In this document: positions 52,931 to 63,346 of the stretch, in pieces
Numbering within the stretch: position 1 is the first letter of the stretch
How the letters are laid out: every line of letters starts with the position of its first letter
Assembly: GCA_044229355.1 (NCBI GenBank)
Contig: JBGATF010000025.1
Span: forward strand, 33,930 to 97,929
Source of the DNA: Limisphaerales bacterium
Lineage (GTDB): Bacteria > Verrucomicrobiota > Verrucomicrobiia > Limisphaerales > JADJPG01
Direction of reading: 5' to 3'
DNA: 64,000 nucleotides
Translations under genes and position numbers: made by a program
The notes under the pieces: model-generated
Seen by the model: only the letters and a program-made list of their open reading frames with translations
Told to the model about the DNA's origin: nothing
Database searches by the model: none

Positions 52931-55900
52931 TCAGGGCTGGAAGTTCGGCGGGGTCGGCTGCAGCCGATCGACGAAGAACCATCGCGCCCAGCGGCTGTAG
53001 AAATCGTCGCCGGTCGCGTCGCTCAAGCGCTTTCGTAAACCAAGAAGCTGCTCCCGAGGCACAGCCTCAAATTCACCCTCATCGTTCATTCGCAAGCCGC
53101 CCAAAGCCTCGCCCAAGTCGGCCAGCCAATTGGGCCAGGGTCGGGGAATTTCCCGCACGTCCCACAATCGGATCGTATTGTCCGCGGACGAGGTCGCCAG
53201 CCGCCGGCCATCGGAGCTGAGCCGCGTGCGCAGGACCATGGCGCCGTGACGAAATGGTTCCGTGACCGGATAGCCCGTCCGCGCGTCCCAGAGCCGGGCC
53301 GTGCCATCCTGGGAGCCGGTGACCACCCGATTGCCGTCTGAAGTGAAATAGGCGACCCAGGTGCGATCCGCGTGGCGGATCGGTTGGGAGACTGGACGCC
53401 CGTTGGTGGCATTCCATACGCGCACGATGCCTTCCTCGGTGCTGGTGACCAGCCACGCGCCGTTGGGGCTGAAACGGACGGCGCACACTCCTTTCTCGTG
53501 GCGAATCGGCCCGAAGCGCGGGACGCCGCTCGCCGCGTCGAGCACCTGCGCGGTGCGATCGGCCGAAGCGGTCGCGAGGGTTTGTCCGTCCGGGCTGAAC
53601 ACTGCGGTCCACACAATTCCCCGATGTTGCGGGCTTGTCATGAGCAGCTGCCCGCTGGGCACCGACCAGACCCGGGCCCGGCCGTCCAGACACGCCGTGG
53701 CCAGCCGCTCGCCTTTCGCGTCGAGTTCGATGGCAAGAACCTGATCGGGATGTTCCAACGGCGGACAGACGGGCCTGCCGGTCCGCGCCTCCCAAACGCG
53801 CGCCGTGCGATCATCTGAGCCCGTCGCGAGAAGCCGCCCGTCCGGCGAAAACACCACGTTAAGGATGTTGTCGCCATGGCGCATGGGGATGCTCACCGGC
53901 TCGCCGGTAAAGCCGTCCCAAATGCGCGCCAGCTTGTCGTTGCCCGCCGTGGCGACCCAGCGGCCGTCCGGAGAAAATGCCGCCGCGGAAATTCGGCCGT
54001 TGTGGCTCATCGGCGCACCCATCGGTTCTCCGGTGTGTGCATCCCTCAGCTGGCCCGAGCTGCGAGTGGTCGTGAGCAGACGGCCGCCGTCCGGGCTGAA
54101 GAGCAATTCTCGCGAGGGCTCTTCCTGACGAATGATCAGGCCGGTCGGGCTGCTCATACGCACGTCCCACAGCTGCGCCGTCCCGTCTTCCGAGGCCGTG
54201 GCCAGAAATTCTCGATCGGGCGCGAAGCGAACCGCATTGACCGGCCCGGCATGTTCGAAGGGCTGCGTCAACGCCTCCCCGGTCCTGCCATCGAACACTT
54301 GCACCGCGCCCTCCCGGGACGCCACAGCGACGCGTTCGCCGTCGGCACTGAAATCGGCGCTGAGAAGGTATCCCGGCAAGGCCAGAGGTGGTCCCAGCGG
54401 TTGACCCGTGTGCCAATCCCACAGCCGTGCCGGCTCCAGGTACGCCCGGGTGAGCAGCCGCCCTCCGTCCGGGCTCAGCGCCAGTCCGGTGATCTCGTTC
54501 CGGTGAGCCTGCACCTCGCGCAGCGTCGTGCCGTCGGCCAGACTCCAGACCACCCATCGCCCAAAGCCGTCGCCGGTGATCAACTCCTGTTCGCCCGGTG
54601 GGAAAAGGAGATGGTCCACCCGGTTGCCGCGGTAAAGCGCCGGGAAGGCCAGCCGACCAGTCCGAAGATCCCACACCTGAATCGTCCCATCCGGCGACGC
54701 CGTCGCCAGGTGTTGACCGGTCGAACTGAAATGCAGGCGATTGATGATGTGAGGATGACGGAAAGGCGGGAAGGCGGGTTCACCGGTGGGCGCGTGCCAA
54801 ACCTGGACCGTATTCGTCCCCGGATTGGTCGCGATCCAACGTCCATCCGGACTCCACTCGGCCCGAGGATGTTGATCCGCCGGCGGGGGGAATTCCAAGG
54901 CCGCCCCCGGCGCGCCCGAACCGAGCGGGACCACCCGAACCACGCCGTCGACCAGCGACACCAGCAGACGAGTGCCGTCCGGGCTCAAGCGCGCATCGAG
55001 GGCCGGTTTCTCATTCGGGAAACTCCACACCAGCGTCATGCTGCGCGCGTCCCACCAGCGCACGACTCCATCGTGCGACGCGGTCAGCAGTCGGGCGCCG
55101 GTCCGATCAAATTCCACGGAGTTAACGCGCGCCCGGTGCACGAGCGGGAGGCCGAGCGGCAGCGCAAAGTTGCGCAGGCTTAACAGGGACAACAGACGGC
55201 TGGCGACGCCCGAGTTCGTGGGATCCATGCGGACGAACCGGCTGAAGTAGGCAAGTGCCGCCGGGGTTTTGTCGGCCGCCGCCAGCTGTTCAGCTCTGGC
55301 CCACTCGAGATCGCGGACATTCTTCGCCAGCCGGACATTGGATGCTTCGGTCTGTAGGCGGGCGTGTTTGACCCGCCACGCCATCACGGAAGAAACCGTC
55401 GCGACCGCCACCAGGGCGAATGCGACCGCCGCGAGCGCGACGGCTTTCGCGGGCTTGCGCCGGGCCCATTTGATGATCCGCTCAGAGGTGGACACGGGCC
55501 GCGCCGATACGGGCTCATCCCGCCTCCAACGATCCAGATCGTCGGCCAAAGAATCGGCCGACCGATAGCGACGGACGGGATCCTTTTCCAGACACTTGAG
55601 GCAAATAGTCTCCAGATCGAGCAGGCGCGATCCGCCCAGCGCGCCGCGGCCCGCGGCCCGCACGCCGGCCGGCGCCGGCCGGAGCTTCGAGGGAGGCACC
55701 GGCTCCTCCTCGAGAACCTGCCGGATGGTTTCCAGTGTGTTGTTCCCGGCGAACGGCGGGCGGCCCGCGAGGAGTTCGTAGAGAATGGCGCCCAGCCCGT
55801 ACACATCGGCGGCGGTCGTCAGCTGCCGGCTCTCGCCGCGGGCCTGCTCCGGCGCCATGTAGCTCGGCGTGCCTAACGAAGCAAACGTCCGGGTCAACGA

Positions 55901-56539
55901 GCTGTCCTGTTCCACCAGCCGGGCCAGACCGAAGTCAGTCAGGAACGGCTCGCCCAGGGTATCGAGCAACACGTTTCCGGGTTTGAGATCGCGATGCAGG
56001 ATGCCGCGTTGATGCGCGTAATGGACCGCCCGGGCCAATTTCGCGAGCACCAGCGCCGCCCAATCCGCATCCGTAGACGGCTCCGACTCGCCGTCTGCGT
56101 TCCCGAATAAGTTGGAGACCGCCGCGGGCTTGGCTCGTGAAAGCGTTCCTCCTTCAACCAGCTTCATGGAAAGGAACGGTTGCCCGTGATCTTCGCCAAT
56201 TTCAAAAATCGGAACGATGTTCGGGTGGTCCAACCGGGCGGCCGCCTCAGCTTCGGTGCGAAAGCGTTGGAGAAAGTCGGGTGCCGCAAATTCGCCCGCC
56301 AGCATGACCTTGAGCGCCACTTCTCGATTCAGCTCGCGATGACGCGCGCGGTAAACGACGCCCATACCGCCCCGGGCTATTTCGCCGAGAAGATCGTAGG
56401 CGCCAAAGGCGCGGGGAAACTTTGCCGCCCCAGGCTCCGGCCCTCCCAGCATCTGCAGAAAGGCGCAACGCGAACACCAGCCCTCCGGCGAATCCGGCGG
56501 CATCGGCGCCTCGCAAACCCGGCATCTCAACGGCATCAT
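52931..56539 (-). CDS. Ser/Thr protein kinase with N-terminal CxxC...CxxC ribbon, TM helix and 16 WD40 repeats
   Basis: ATG at 56539 (the ORF begins at TTG 56560). Kinase motifs: [39 protein letters not shown] helix [23 protein letters not shown] (55379-55444). 16 blades of the type TASxDGTxxxWD (about 53141-55153). Confidence 0.9.
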   Translation of the reverse strand: MMPLRCRVCEAPMPPDSPEGWCSRCAFLQMLGGPEPGAAKFPRAFGAYDLLGEIARGGMGVVYRARHRELNREVALKVMLAGEFAAPDFLQRFRTEAEAAARLDHPNIVPIFEIGEDHGQPFLSMKLVEGGTLSRAKPAAVSNLFGNADGESEPSTDADWAALVLAKLARAVHYAHQRGILHRDLKPGNVLLDTLGEPFLTDFGLARLVEQDSSLTRTFASLGTPSYMAPEQARGESRQLTTAADVYGLGAILYELLAGRPPFAGNNTLETIRQVLEEEPVPPSKLRPAPAGVRAAGRGALGGSRLLDLETICLKCLEKDPVRRYRSADSLADDLDRWRRDEPVSARPVSTSERIIKWARRKPAKAVALAAVAFALVAVATVSSVMAWRVKHARLQTEASNVRLAKNVRDLEWARAEQLAAADKTPAALAYFSRFVRMDPTNSGVASRLLSLLSLRNFALPLGLPLVHRARVNSVEFDRTGARLLTASHDGVVRWWDARSMTLVWSFPNEKPALDARLSPDGTRLLVSLVDGVVRVVPLGSGAPGAALEFPPPADQHPRAEWSPDGRWIATNPGTNTVQVWHAPTGEPAFPPFRHPHIINRLHFSSTGQHLATASPDGTIQVWDLRTGRLAFPALYRGNRVDHLLFPPGEQELITGDGFGRWVVWSLADGTTLREVQAHRNEITGLALSPDGGRLLTRAYLEPARLWDWHTGQPLGPPLALPGYLLSADFSADGERVAVASREGAVQVFDGRTGEALTQPFEHAGPVNAVRFAPDREFLATASEDGTAQLWDVRMSSPTGLIIRQEEPSRELLFSPDGGRLLTTTRSSGQLRDAHTGEPMGAPMSHNGRISAAAFSPDGRWVATAGNDKLARIWDGFTGEPVSIPMRHGDNILNVVFSPDGRLLATGSDDRTARVWEARTGRPVCPPLEHPDQVLAIELDAKGERLATACLDGRARVWSVPSGQLLMTSPQHRGIVWTAVFSPDGQTLATASADRTAQVLDAASGVPRFGPIRHEKGVCAVRFSPNGAWLVTSTEEGIVRVWNATNGRPVSQPIRHADRTWVAYFTSDGNRVVTGSQDGTARLWDARTGYPVTEPFRHGAMVLRTRLSSDGRRLATSSADNTIRLWDVREIPRPWPNWLADLGEALGGLRMNDEGEFEAVPREQLLGLRKRLSDATGDDFYSRWARWFFVDRLQPTPPNFQP

Positions 56540-56615
56540 CGTCGTCAAACCGCCACGCAAACGCCCTCAACTCAACGCCAGCCCTTGCCCCCAGGACCGG
56601 TTCGATCGCCAGACT

Positions 56616-57368
56616 TCACCTCGCCAGCGCGCCCACCAGATAACGAATCTCTTCATCCACTTCCTCCGGATGCCCCACCGTCTGCGCAATCTCGTCCCGG
56701 AAAACCTGACGAAACCGCTCCCGCAACCGGTGCAGGGTCGAGGTCACCGCGCTGACCGACATTCCCAGGCGCGCCGCCGCCGCGTCGTAGGATCCGGCGC
56801 CGGTATCCCCCGTGATCATGTCCTTGAGCACTTCGAATCGCTGTTCGGTGCCCGCCACCCGACACTCCCGCCGCAGGCGTTCGCCCACCTGCGCCAGCAC
56901 CGCCTGCGCCCAACGCCGCTCAAACAATCGCTCCGGGGTCTGATCATCGCGCGGCTCGAATTGATACCGCTCCTCCGCCGTGACCCCATCCAACGCGATA
57001 ATCTCCCGGCCGCCCCCACGCTTCAAACGCCGCTCCTTGTCCCACTGGTCGGAGAGAAAGTGGTTGAACGACCCGAGGAGAAACGACCGGAACTTGCCGC
57101 CGTCACGCGTCACCCGGCCCAGCGCTTGCCGTTCCAGGAGATCCGCGAAAAAGCCTTGCGTCAGATCCTTCGCCGCATCCGCGACATGACCGCGCCGCCG
57201 AGCGTAGGCATAGAGCGGAAACCAGTAAGCCCGGCAGAGCTGTTCCAACGCGGCCAGAGCAGCCTCCGAATCCCCACGACCCGCCATCAACACCAGACTC
57301 CAATGAGTCGTGCGAAACTGTCGAACGTCTGCGCGTGGCAACAAAGGATCTGAATCCGCGGCTGACAT
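56616..57368 (-). CDS. ECF-type RNA polymerase sigma factor (kinase-associated, PVC-type)
   Basis: ATG at 57368. N-terminal TTHWSLVLMA motif. Region 2 (YWFPLYAYARRRG...DLTQGFF) and region 4 (SYDAAAARLGMSVSAVTSTLHRLRERFR). Lies 76 nt upstream of the kinase gene. Confidence 0.85.
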   Translation of the reverse strand: MSAADSDPLLPRADVRQFRTTHWSLVLMAGRGDSEAALAALEQLCRAYWFPLYAYARRRGHVADAAKDLTQGFFADLLERQALGRVTRDGGKFRSFLLGSFNHFLSDQWDKERRLKRGGGREIIALDGVTAEERYQFEPRDDQTPERLFERRWAQAVLAQVGERLRRECRVAGTEQRFEVLKDMITGDTGAGSYDAAAARLGMSVSAVTSTLHRLRERFRQVFRDEIAQTVGHPEEVDEEIRYLVGALAR

Positions 57369-57453
57369 TGCCCGACATTCTTCCTCATTCGCCTGCCGTA
57401 CGCCAAGGCCGTTTCCTCGACCGCCGGCTCGCCCCATCTCAACTCAGACGACG

Positions 57454-58584
57454 CTACCCATCGAGCCACTCGTCACGATGCGCCGCCACAAAATAATCGT
57501 CGGTCAAATGCGGATACGTCCGACAAACCCGATCGATTTCCTCTCGTTGCCCCGGGCTGAGCCGCTCGCCTGGATCCAGGCAATACGTCCCCGGCAACAG
57601 CCCCTGCCGCCGCAATACTTCGTGAATCCCCGGTATGCAGCCGGCGAATTGATGGCCGGGATCAAATAACGCCGAGTTGGCGTCTGTGACCTCGCTCGCC
57701 AGCCGCAGCCATCGTGACGAGATCCCGGCCCGGCCGGATTCGGCGCGGCACGCCGCGTGCAGTTCCACCGCCCGACGAGTCCAGACCGCCCAATGTCCCA
57801 ACAAGCCTCCCACGATCCGGCGTTGCACCATTTTCCCGCCCACTTCGAACCGGCACGCCGTCAGGAGATCCATCACGATGTTGTCGTCGTTGCCCGTGTA
57901 GAGCGCGATGTCGTCCCGCTCGGCCTCGATGACCGCCCGCACGACATCCAACGTCTGATAGCGATTGAACGGCGCGATCTTGATCCCCACCACATTCGGA
58001 ATTTCCGCGAAACGACGCCAGAAGGAGAGGGCCAGCGGACGCCCGCCTGCCGCCGGTTGCAGGTAGAACCCGAAGATGGGAAGAACTTCGGCCACGGCGC
58101 GGCAGTGGTCGATGAGTTCGCGCTCGGTCGCCGCGTGCATCGCGCCAAGGCTGAGCAAGACACAATGGTATCCTAGCTCAGCAGCCAGAGCCGCCTCGGC
58201 CAGCGCCTGCCGCGTCTGCCCGCAAACGCCCGCGACCAGGACAAAATTATCTGACCGGCCTTTCATCGCGGTCGCCGCTGCGCTCGATGGATTCTTGCCG
58301 CCTCGAGTGTGGACGAAGGGCTGCAAGCGCGGCCGGGATTCATTGGCGGTGTCCAGCGCGAGTTCGAGCACAGGACGATAAAGCCCGACTTCCGGTTTCC
58401 GGATCGCGAACTGCGTGGTGTGAACGCCCACGGCCAGTCCGCCGGCTCCAGCCGCGCGGTAGTAACGAACCAACGCGCGCTGGTGCCGCTCCGACAGACG
58501 GCGTTGGCGCGTGAGCGCCAGGGGACACGCCGGAATGACCAGCCCCTTCCCCAGTCGCCGGCGCAATGCCTCAGTATTTCCCAT
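57454..58584 (-). CDS. Dihydrodipicolinate synthase/N-acetylneuraminate lyase-family (class I aldolase-like) protein
   Basis: ATG at 58584 within ORF 57454..58791. TIM-barrel pattern with candidate Schiff-base Lys in VVGIKIAPF. Overlaps the upstream gene by 14 nt. Confidence 0.65.
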   Translation of the reverse strand: MGNTEALRRRLGKGLVIPACPLALTRQRRLSERHQRALVRYYRAAGAGGLAVGVHTTQFAIRKPEVGLYRPVLELALDTANESRPRLQPFVHTRGGKNPSSAAATAMKGRSDNFVLVAGVCGQTRQALAEAALAAELGYHCVLLSLGAMHAATERELIDHCRAVAEVLPIFGFYLQPAAGGRPLALSFWRRFAEIPNVVGIKIAPFNRYQTLDVVRAVIEAERDDIALYTGNDDNIVMDLLTACRFEVGGKMVQRRIVGGLLGHWAVWTRRAVELHAACRAESGRAGISSRWLRLASEVTDANSALFDPGHQFAGCIPGIHEVLRRQGLLPGTYCLDPGERLSPGQREEIDRVCRTYPHLTDDYFVAAHRDEWLDG

Positions 58585-59656
58585 CGCGTGTTTCAAAATG
58601 AGTCGGGCGACCCAGGTTCCGTCCGCCGTTCGCCACCCAATGTCCGATCCAGGACACCATTTGCTCCAACGAGACCCGCGGCTCGCCCAGCGCCCCGCAG
58701 ATTCGGCCGGCGTTCCCGACGATGGCGTGCGTGGACTCGGAACCGACCAGCCGCGGAGTCCGCCCGTACACGAGTCCAAATCGTTCCGCAATGTCCCGCA
58801 CCCGAAACATCTCCGGCCGGCAAAGATTGAAGACCGATGGTGGCGTTCGAGCCAAACCGAGTGAGCGGAGAATCATTTCGTTCGCGTCCCCCTGCCAGAT
58901 GCAGGTGACGTAGCCGTTCCCGAGCTCGATCGGCTCGTCCGCCCACACCTTTCGCGCGATGTCGACGAGCACGCCGTAACGAAGTTCCACCGCATAGTAG
59001 AGGCGCAACACGGCCATCGGAATGCCGCTCTGTCTCGAGTAATGATCGAAAATTCGTTCCCGGCCCACGGCCGCGTTCGCATACTCGCCGAGTGGTGTTA
59101 GCGAATCGTCCTCCGTCGCCCCGCCGCGATCGACGGGGCTCAAGGGATAAACATTGCCGGTCGACAACACCACCATCCGCGCCTGCGGGTATCTGCGGCA
59201 AATTCGATCCGGCGCGAGGGTGTTCACCGCCCAGGTCAGGGATGGGTTCTGGCCGGTGCCAAACTTCAGCCCGATGAGCGAGAGCACATGGCCCGAGTCC
59301 GGCAACTGCTCCAGGGCTTTCGCGTCCAACAGATCCACGCTCAACGTGCGGACGCCGCGCTGCTCGAGCCATTCTCGCGCCGCCGGATCACTAAACCGAC
59401 TCACCGCCACGACCTCGAGCGGATGCCCGGCCGCCTCCGCCGCCCGTCGGGCCAGCACCGAGAGCGTTGGGCCCATTTTGCCACCGGCGCCGACCACCAC
59501 CAGCGGACTGCGCACCGACCGAATCGCCTCCGTCAGCACCGCAGACGGCCGTGTCAGCAGCTCGTCCAGCTGCGCCTCGGTTTCAATCCGGTCCGTCGCT
59601 GACCCCGCATCGCCGTTTGGGTCGCGCAAGCTTTCCTGGTCGCGTGTCGTGTCCAT
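58571..59656 (-). CDS. NAD(P)-dependent epimerase/dehydratase-family (extended SDR) protein
   Basis: Rossmann motif VVVGAGGKMGPTL, then VVLSTGNVY...PLGEY. Confidence 0.75.
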   Translation of the reverse strand: MDTTRDQESLRDPNGDAGSATDRIETEAQLDELLTRPSAVLTEAIRSVRSPLVVVGAGGKMGPTLSVLARRAAEAAGHPLEVVAVSRFSDPAAREWLEQRGVRTLSVDLLDAKALEQLPDSGHVLSLIGLKFGTGQNPSLTWAVNTLAPDRICRRYPQARMVVLSTGNVYPLSPVDRGGATEDDSLTPLGEYANAAVGRERIFDHYSRQSGIPMAVLRLYYAVELRYGVLVDIARKVWADEPIELGNGYVTCIWQGDANEMILRSLGLARTPPSVFNLCRPEMFRVRDIAERFGLVYGRTPRLVGSESTHAIVGNAGRICGALGEPRVSLEQMVSWIGHWVANGGRNLGRPTHFETRDGKY

Positions 59657-59783
59657 TTCGCTCGGGCGCCGGGGTCGACCTTCGAACGTCTTCGACCCCG
59701 GCCACCATCGGGCCCATTAACCAACAACCCCCGCCCAATGCCAAATTCCATTTCACCAAACCCGGCGCTGGGTGTCAGGGCTC

Positions 59784-62700
59784 TCACTTCAACGCCAGGC
59801 TGACCCGGTAGAATTGCATCTGCACCCCCGGGGGAACCGGTGCTTCAAACTGATCGCCACCCACGCGCGCCGGGCTCACCGGCACATCGACAAATGGCTG
59901 CCCGAGGTCAGCCGTGGCCTGCACGCTGAATCGTATCTTGCCCGCGTAGGCCTCGGGCCAGCTCCAGGCCACCTTAAGCTGGCCGCCGACCACCTTGAGC
60001 TCAATCTGCGGCGGGCCCACGTTCGCCGGCGCCGAGCCCTTGCTCGTCGCATCCAGCAGGTCCGTGCCCTCCAGCGCTTCCTGAAAATTGCTGATGCCAT
60101 CGCCATCTGCATCGCCGCTTCCGTTCTGCCCCAGATTTCCAAACAACAGCATCTCCAAATCGTCCGGCAGCAAATCGCCGTCACTGTCGTTGACCCCCAC
60201 GGCCGGCACGCTGTCGAGCCCGAGCGCGATCACTTCCAACGCCTGCCCTGGACAGCCCCGCGGCGGTCCATCGGTGAAGCCAAACACGTGCACGGCGCTG
60301 CCGGCTGGCAGGCTGAAGTTTTCCAGCAGCCGATAGGGCTCGCCTGAGGGCAGGAACAGGCTCCACGTCGTCCCACCGAACTGCCCGTCAAGCGGCACGC
60401 AGTCCGAGTTGAACGTGTCCGCCCGCGTCACGAGGGTGACGTTTGTCGTCGGGCGCGGCTGCATCGATGCGAGGATCTGATTGGCGACGCTAAAGGCCGA
60501 CGTCCGGTCGTTCGGAGTCAACGCCGACGCGGCGAGGTAATTTGTCGGCAGCTCGCCCGTCGAGAGAAAGCGGCGCAATGTGTCGACGGGCGACGGATAG
60601 GCGCCGGGGGCCGCGTTGTTGGACGCGCTGCTGATGCGATAGATGTCGGTGGCCAGGGCCCGCAGGGCCTGGCTCGACAGGTTGGCCGGCGCCACCGCAT
60701 TCGTGGCGGTGCGATACACTCCGCGCAACGCGAACGCCGGCTCCCCATTCGGCCCGAGCTGCTCAATCGCCAGCAGGTTGGATTGAGAAAGACTCACCCG
60801 CGCCTTGTCTGTCAGGCGAAACGGAAACAGCGTCAGCTGCGCTGCCGTCGCCACCCCACGTGTCTGGAGAACCTCGCCGACCTTCCGTTCCACCAACAGC
60901 GCTGCCAGCGTGTCCAGCACCCCGAGCTCTTGGATCGAGCGCAGGTGCGTGACGGAGCCCTGCGCCGCTTGCGCCGCCGCGATCCAATTGTTCGCCTCCG
61001 TGGCCAGCGGACCTCCGCCATAGACGTAGTTCACGGTCAGGCCCGCCGCGACTTCAGGCACGGGTCGAAATCCAATCAATTCCCGGCCCAGAGCCTTATC
61101 CGCCCCCGGCGTGGCCAGATCGAAATGTTGTTCGGTGGCAACCGCCAACAGCCGCTGGCGAGTGTCGATGACAATGTTCGAGAGCGCGACCGAAGGGTTC
61201 AGCGCACCCGGAATGTTGAGGCTGGCGGTCGCGCCATAGCGCAGCAGAGCTCCCGGCCCATCGTAAACGCGGACCGGAGTTCCCGGCGCGCTGACCGTGA
61301 CCGCGTTGGCCACGCCGTCGATTGGCCGCGGCGTCTCCACGAAATCAACCGAAGTCTTCAGCTCCACGTGCCCCGCCGGCATGCTGGCCGCACTTTTCGG
61401 ATCGGAGCCCTGCAGGATCTCGTCCAGATCCGAATATCCATCGCCGTCGGAATCCGGACCGCGTCGCGGATCGAGCCCCTTGGCCACCTCGACGAAGTCC
61501 GGCACGCCATCCCCGTCCGAGTCCAGCTGGCCCGGCGCCTCCGTGAAATGATACGCCGCATGACGAATGACGGACTTGGCCGTGCCCGCCGCCGGCTTGG
61601 CGTAATACGAAACCACCGTGTCCTGGAACAACATGATGGGTCCCGCATACGTCAGCCAATCGCCGCTTTGCTTGAGTCGGTATTGCACGATCGCTCCCGC
61701 CTGACTGGTGGTCAGCGTGACTTGAACGCTGGTTTTGTACGTCCCGGCCGGCGGGGCGATCTTGACCTCCACGACTTCATCGCCGATCGGCGTCGTGACA
61801 CTGAAGATGGAAAGCGGCGCCGCGTACTGGTTGACCAGGCCAAAGTGCATGAGCGGGTGCGCGGATCCGAGCGGCACGGGTGTCGGATTGTCGAGACCGT
61901 TGCTCGAGCTGACAAATGTCTCCACGTTGGCGCTCAATTGCGGGAGCGCTTCGGTGTTGAAACGCGAAGTCCAATCTCCGGCGGTTAGCGAACGCAGCAA
62001 TTTTGGAGTGGCTGACACAAAGGGCTCGGCCTCGAACTGGAACACGTTGGCCACGCCGGTCAACGCCGTGAGACCCGGCAGCGCACCGGCGGTCCCCGCG
62101 GAATATTGGCCGCCATTTGCATGATAGTTTTTAAACCGGCTCGAGGTCGACGCGCCGGCGTCCGCCGTCAGCATCGTGAAGTCGCCCGACGCCAGCGGTG
62201 CCGCCCCGGTGAAGTGTCCGCCGGCGTCCGCGGCGAGGTCCTGCAGCGGCGTCGGCGCGTTCACTCCGTCGAAGTTGTAAACCCGGGCCAGTTGGCCGCC
62301 GGCGAAGATGACGAGCAATCGCGCGCCCGACGGCTGGGCCAGCACGAAGACCTGCTGAATCGCGGAGCCGAGGTTGAAAACGGTCTCGGCGCCCAGCGCG
62401 AACACACCAGGCGTCGGCTCGATCACCGAACGCGAGCGCAGCGCGCCCGTGGCGTCTCCCGCCTGGAAAAAAAGAAACTGCGCCAGGGCGGCACCCGTAA
62501 AGTTGCCAGGTACAAACGCCGAGTTCGCCGGCAATCCGGCCGCTTGCAGGGTCAGCAACAGTGAGCCGCCGGCCAGGTTGTAGACGCGGAACGTGTCGCT
62601 GCCGTTGTTGCGCAGAAGCACCGCAGCCATCTTGGCGGCCCCGGTCTTGATCGACACAGCGTTGCCGGCGGCGAACGGCGTGGGCTGAACCAGACTGGCG

Positions 62701-63278
62701 CCCATCTGGGTGAATACCGCCGCATTGTTTCGCATCAGGCTCACCTGGTTCGGCGCTCCGCTGTTGTTCGCGATCGAGCCGACCAACAGGTCTTCCAACG
62801 GCGTGTTCCCGCCCCCCCCAATGTCCAACGCCACGACCAGCTCGGGTCCGAGCGTCGGCACAAAGATCGGCAGCGGAACGCCCGGTGTCGCCGGGCTGTT
62901 CGCTTCCACGACGTTGAGACGGTTCGCGTCGGGAGACGTGAACACCAGCGCGTCGCGCCCGGTCGCCAGCACGCGGCCGACCGTGAACCCGCTCACGTTC
63001 TCAATCCCGCTCGCCCTCGCCGCGGCCCACACCTGCTGCCCCTCCGCGGGCTGCAGCGCCACCCGATAATTGCCAGTCGCCCGATCCACAATGACGACGT
63101 CCTCGCGGCCATCGCCATCAAAGTCCCCCGTAGCCGTGAACTCGGCGGGTGTTTCGTAAACAAATCCGCTGGCAGAAGCTGCCGGCAGCAGAGCGGACAG
63201 CACCAGACCGCTCCAGACTCGGCCCAGGAATCGGAGCCAGCGTCGGCCGGCGTGGGCAGTGGGATTCGAATGCTTCAT
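59784..63278 (-). CDS. Large secreted protein with N-terminal FG-GAP/VCBS-like repeat, TSP3-like Ca-binding repeats and the shared C-terminal module
   Basis: ATG at 63278 gives the signal peptide RFLGRVWSGLVLSALLPAASASG. Motifs: DFDGDGREDVVIVDRATGNYRV, DSDGDGVPDFVE...DSDGDGYSDLDEILQGSDP, DSDGDLLPDDLE...DADGDGISNFQE. C-terminus FSVQATADLGQPF...QFYRVSLALK. Confidence 0.75.
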   Translation of the reverse strand: MKHSNPTAHAGRRWLRFLGRVWSGLVLSALLPAASASGFVYETPAEFTATGDFDGDGREDVVIVDRATGNYRVALQPAEGQQVWAAARASGIENVSGFTVGRVLATGRDALVFTSPDANRLNVVEANSPATPGVPLPIFVPTLGPELVVALDIGGGGNTPLEDLLVGSIANNSGAPNQVSLMRNNAAVFTQMGASLVQPTPFAAGNAVSIKTGAAKMAAVLLRNNGSDTFRVYNLAGGSLLLTLQAAGLPANSAFVPGNFTGAALAQFLFFQAGDATGALRSRSVIEPTPGVFALGAETVFNLGSAIQQVFVLAQPSGARLLVIFAGGQLARVYNFDGVNAPTPLQDLAADAGGHFTGAAPLASGDFTMLTADAGASTSSRFKNYHANGGQYSAGTAGALPGLTALTGVANVFQFEAEPFVSATPKLLRSLTAGDWTSRFNTEALPQLSANVETFVSSSNGLDNPTPVPLGSAHPLMHFGLVNQYAAPLSIFSVTTPIGDEVVEVKIAPPAGTYKTSVQVTLTTSQAGAIVQYRLKQSGDWLTYAGPIMLFQDTVVSYYAKPAAGTAKSVIRHAAYHFTEAPGQLDSDGDGVPDFVEVAKGLDPRRGPDSDGDGYSDLDEILQGSDPKSAASMPAGHVELKTSVDFVETPRPIDGVANAVTVSAPGTPVRVYDGPGALLRYGATASLNIPGALNPSVALSNIVIDTRQRLLAVATEQHFDLATPGADKALGRELIGFRPVPEVAAGLTVNYVYGGGPLATEANNWIAAAQAAQGSVTHLRSIQELGVLDTLAALLVERKVGEVLQTRGVATAAQLTLFPFRLTDKARVSLSQSNLLAIEQLGPNGEPAFALRGVYRTATNAVAPANLSSQALRALATDIYRISSASNNAAPGAYPSPVDTLRRFLSTGELPTNYLAASALTPNDRTSAFSVANQILASMQPRPTTNVTLVTRADTFNSDCVPLDGQFGGTTWSLFLPSGEPYRLLENFSLPAGSAVHVFGFTDGPPRGCPGQALEVIALGLDSVPAVGVNDSDGDLLPDDLEMLLFGNLGQNGSGDADGDGISNFQEALEGTDLLDATSKGSAPANVGPPQIELKVVGGQLKVAWSWPEAYAGKIRFSVQATADLGQPFVDVPVSPARVGGDQFEAPVPPGVQMQFYRVSLALK

Positions 63279-63346
63279 ACAAAATGCTCCAGAAATGAAC
63301 TCAGGTTGGAGGATAGGTTTGCTGATCGTGGCGCACGATGAACGGA

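Noticed and set aside
24602-60014. Shared C-terminal module as a PEP-CTERM, LPXTG or T9SS sorting signal.
   Set aside because: It has no PEP or LPXTG motif and no terminal hydrophobic helix with a basic tail. The sequence looks like a small beta-domain ending in FYRV. It is reported as a novel candidate rather than assigned to a known signal.
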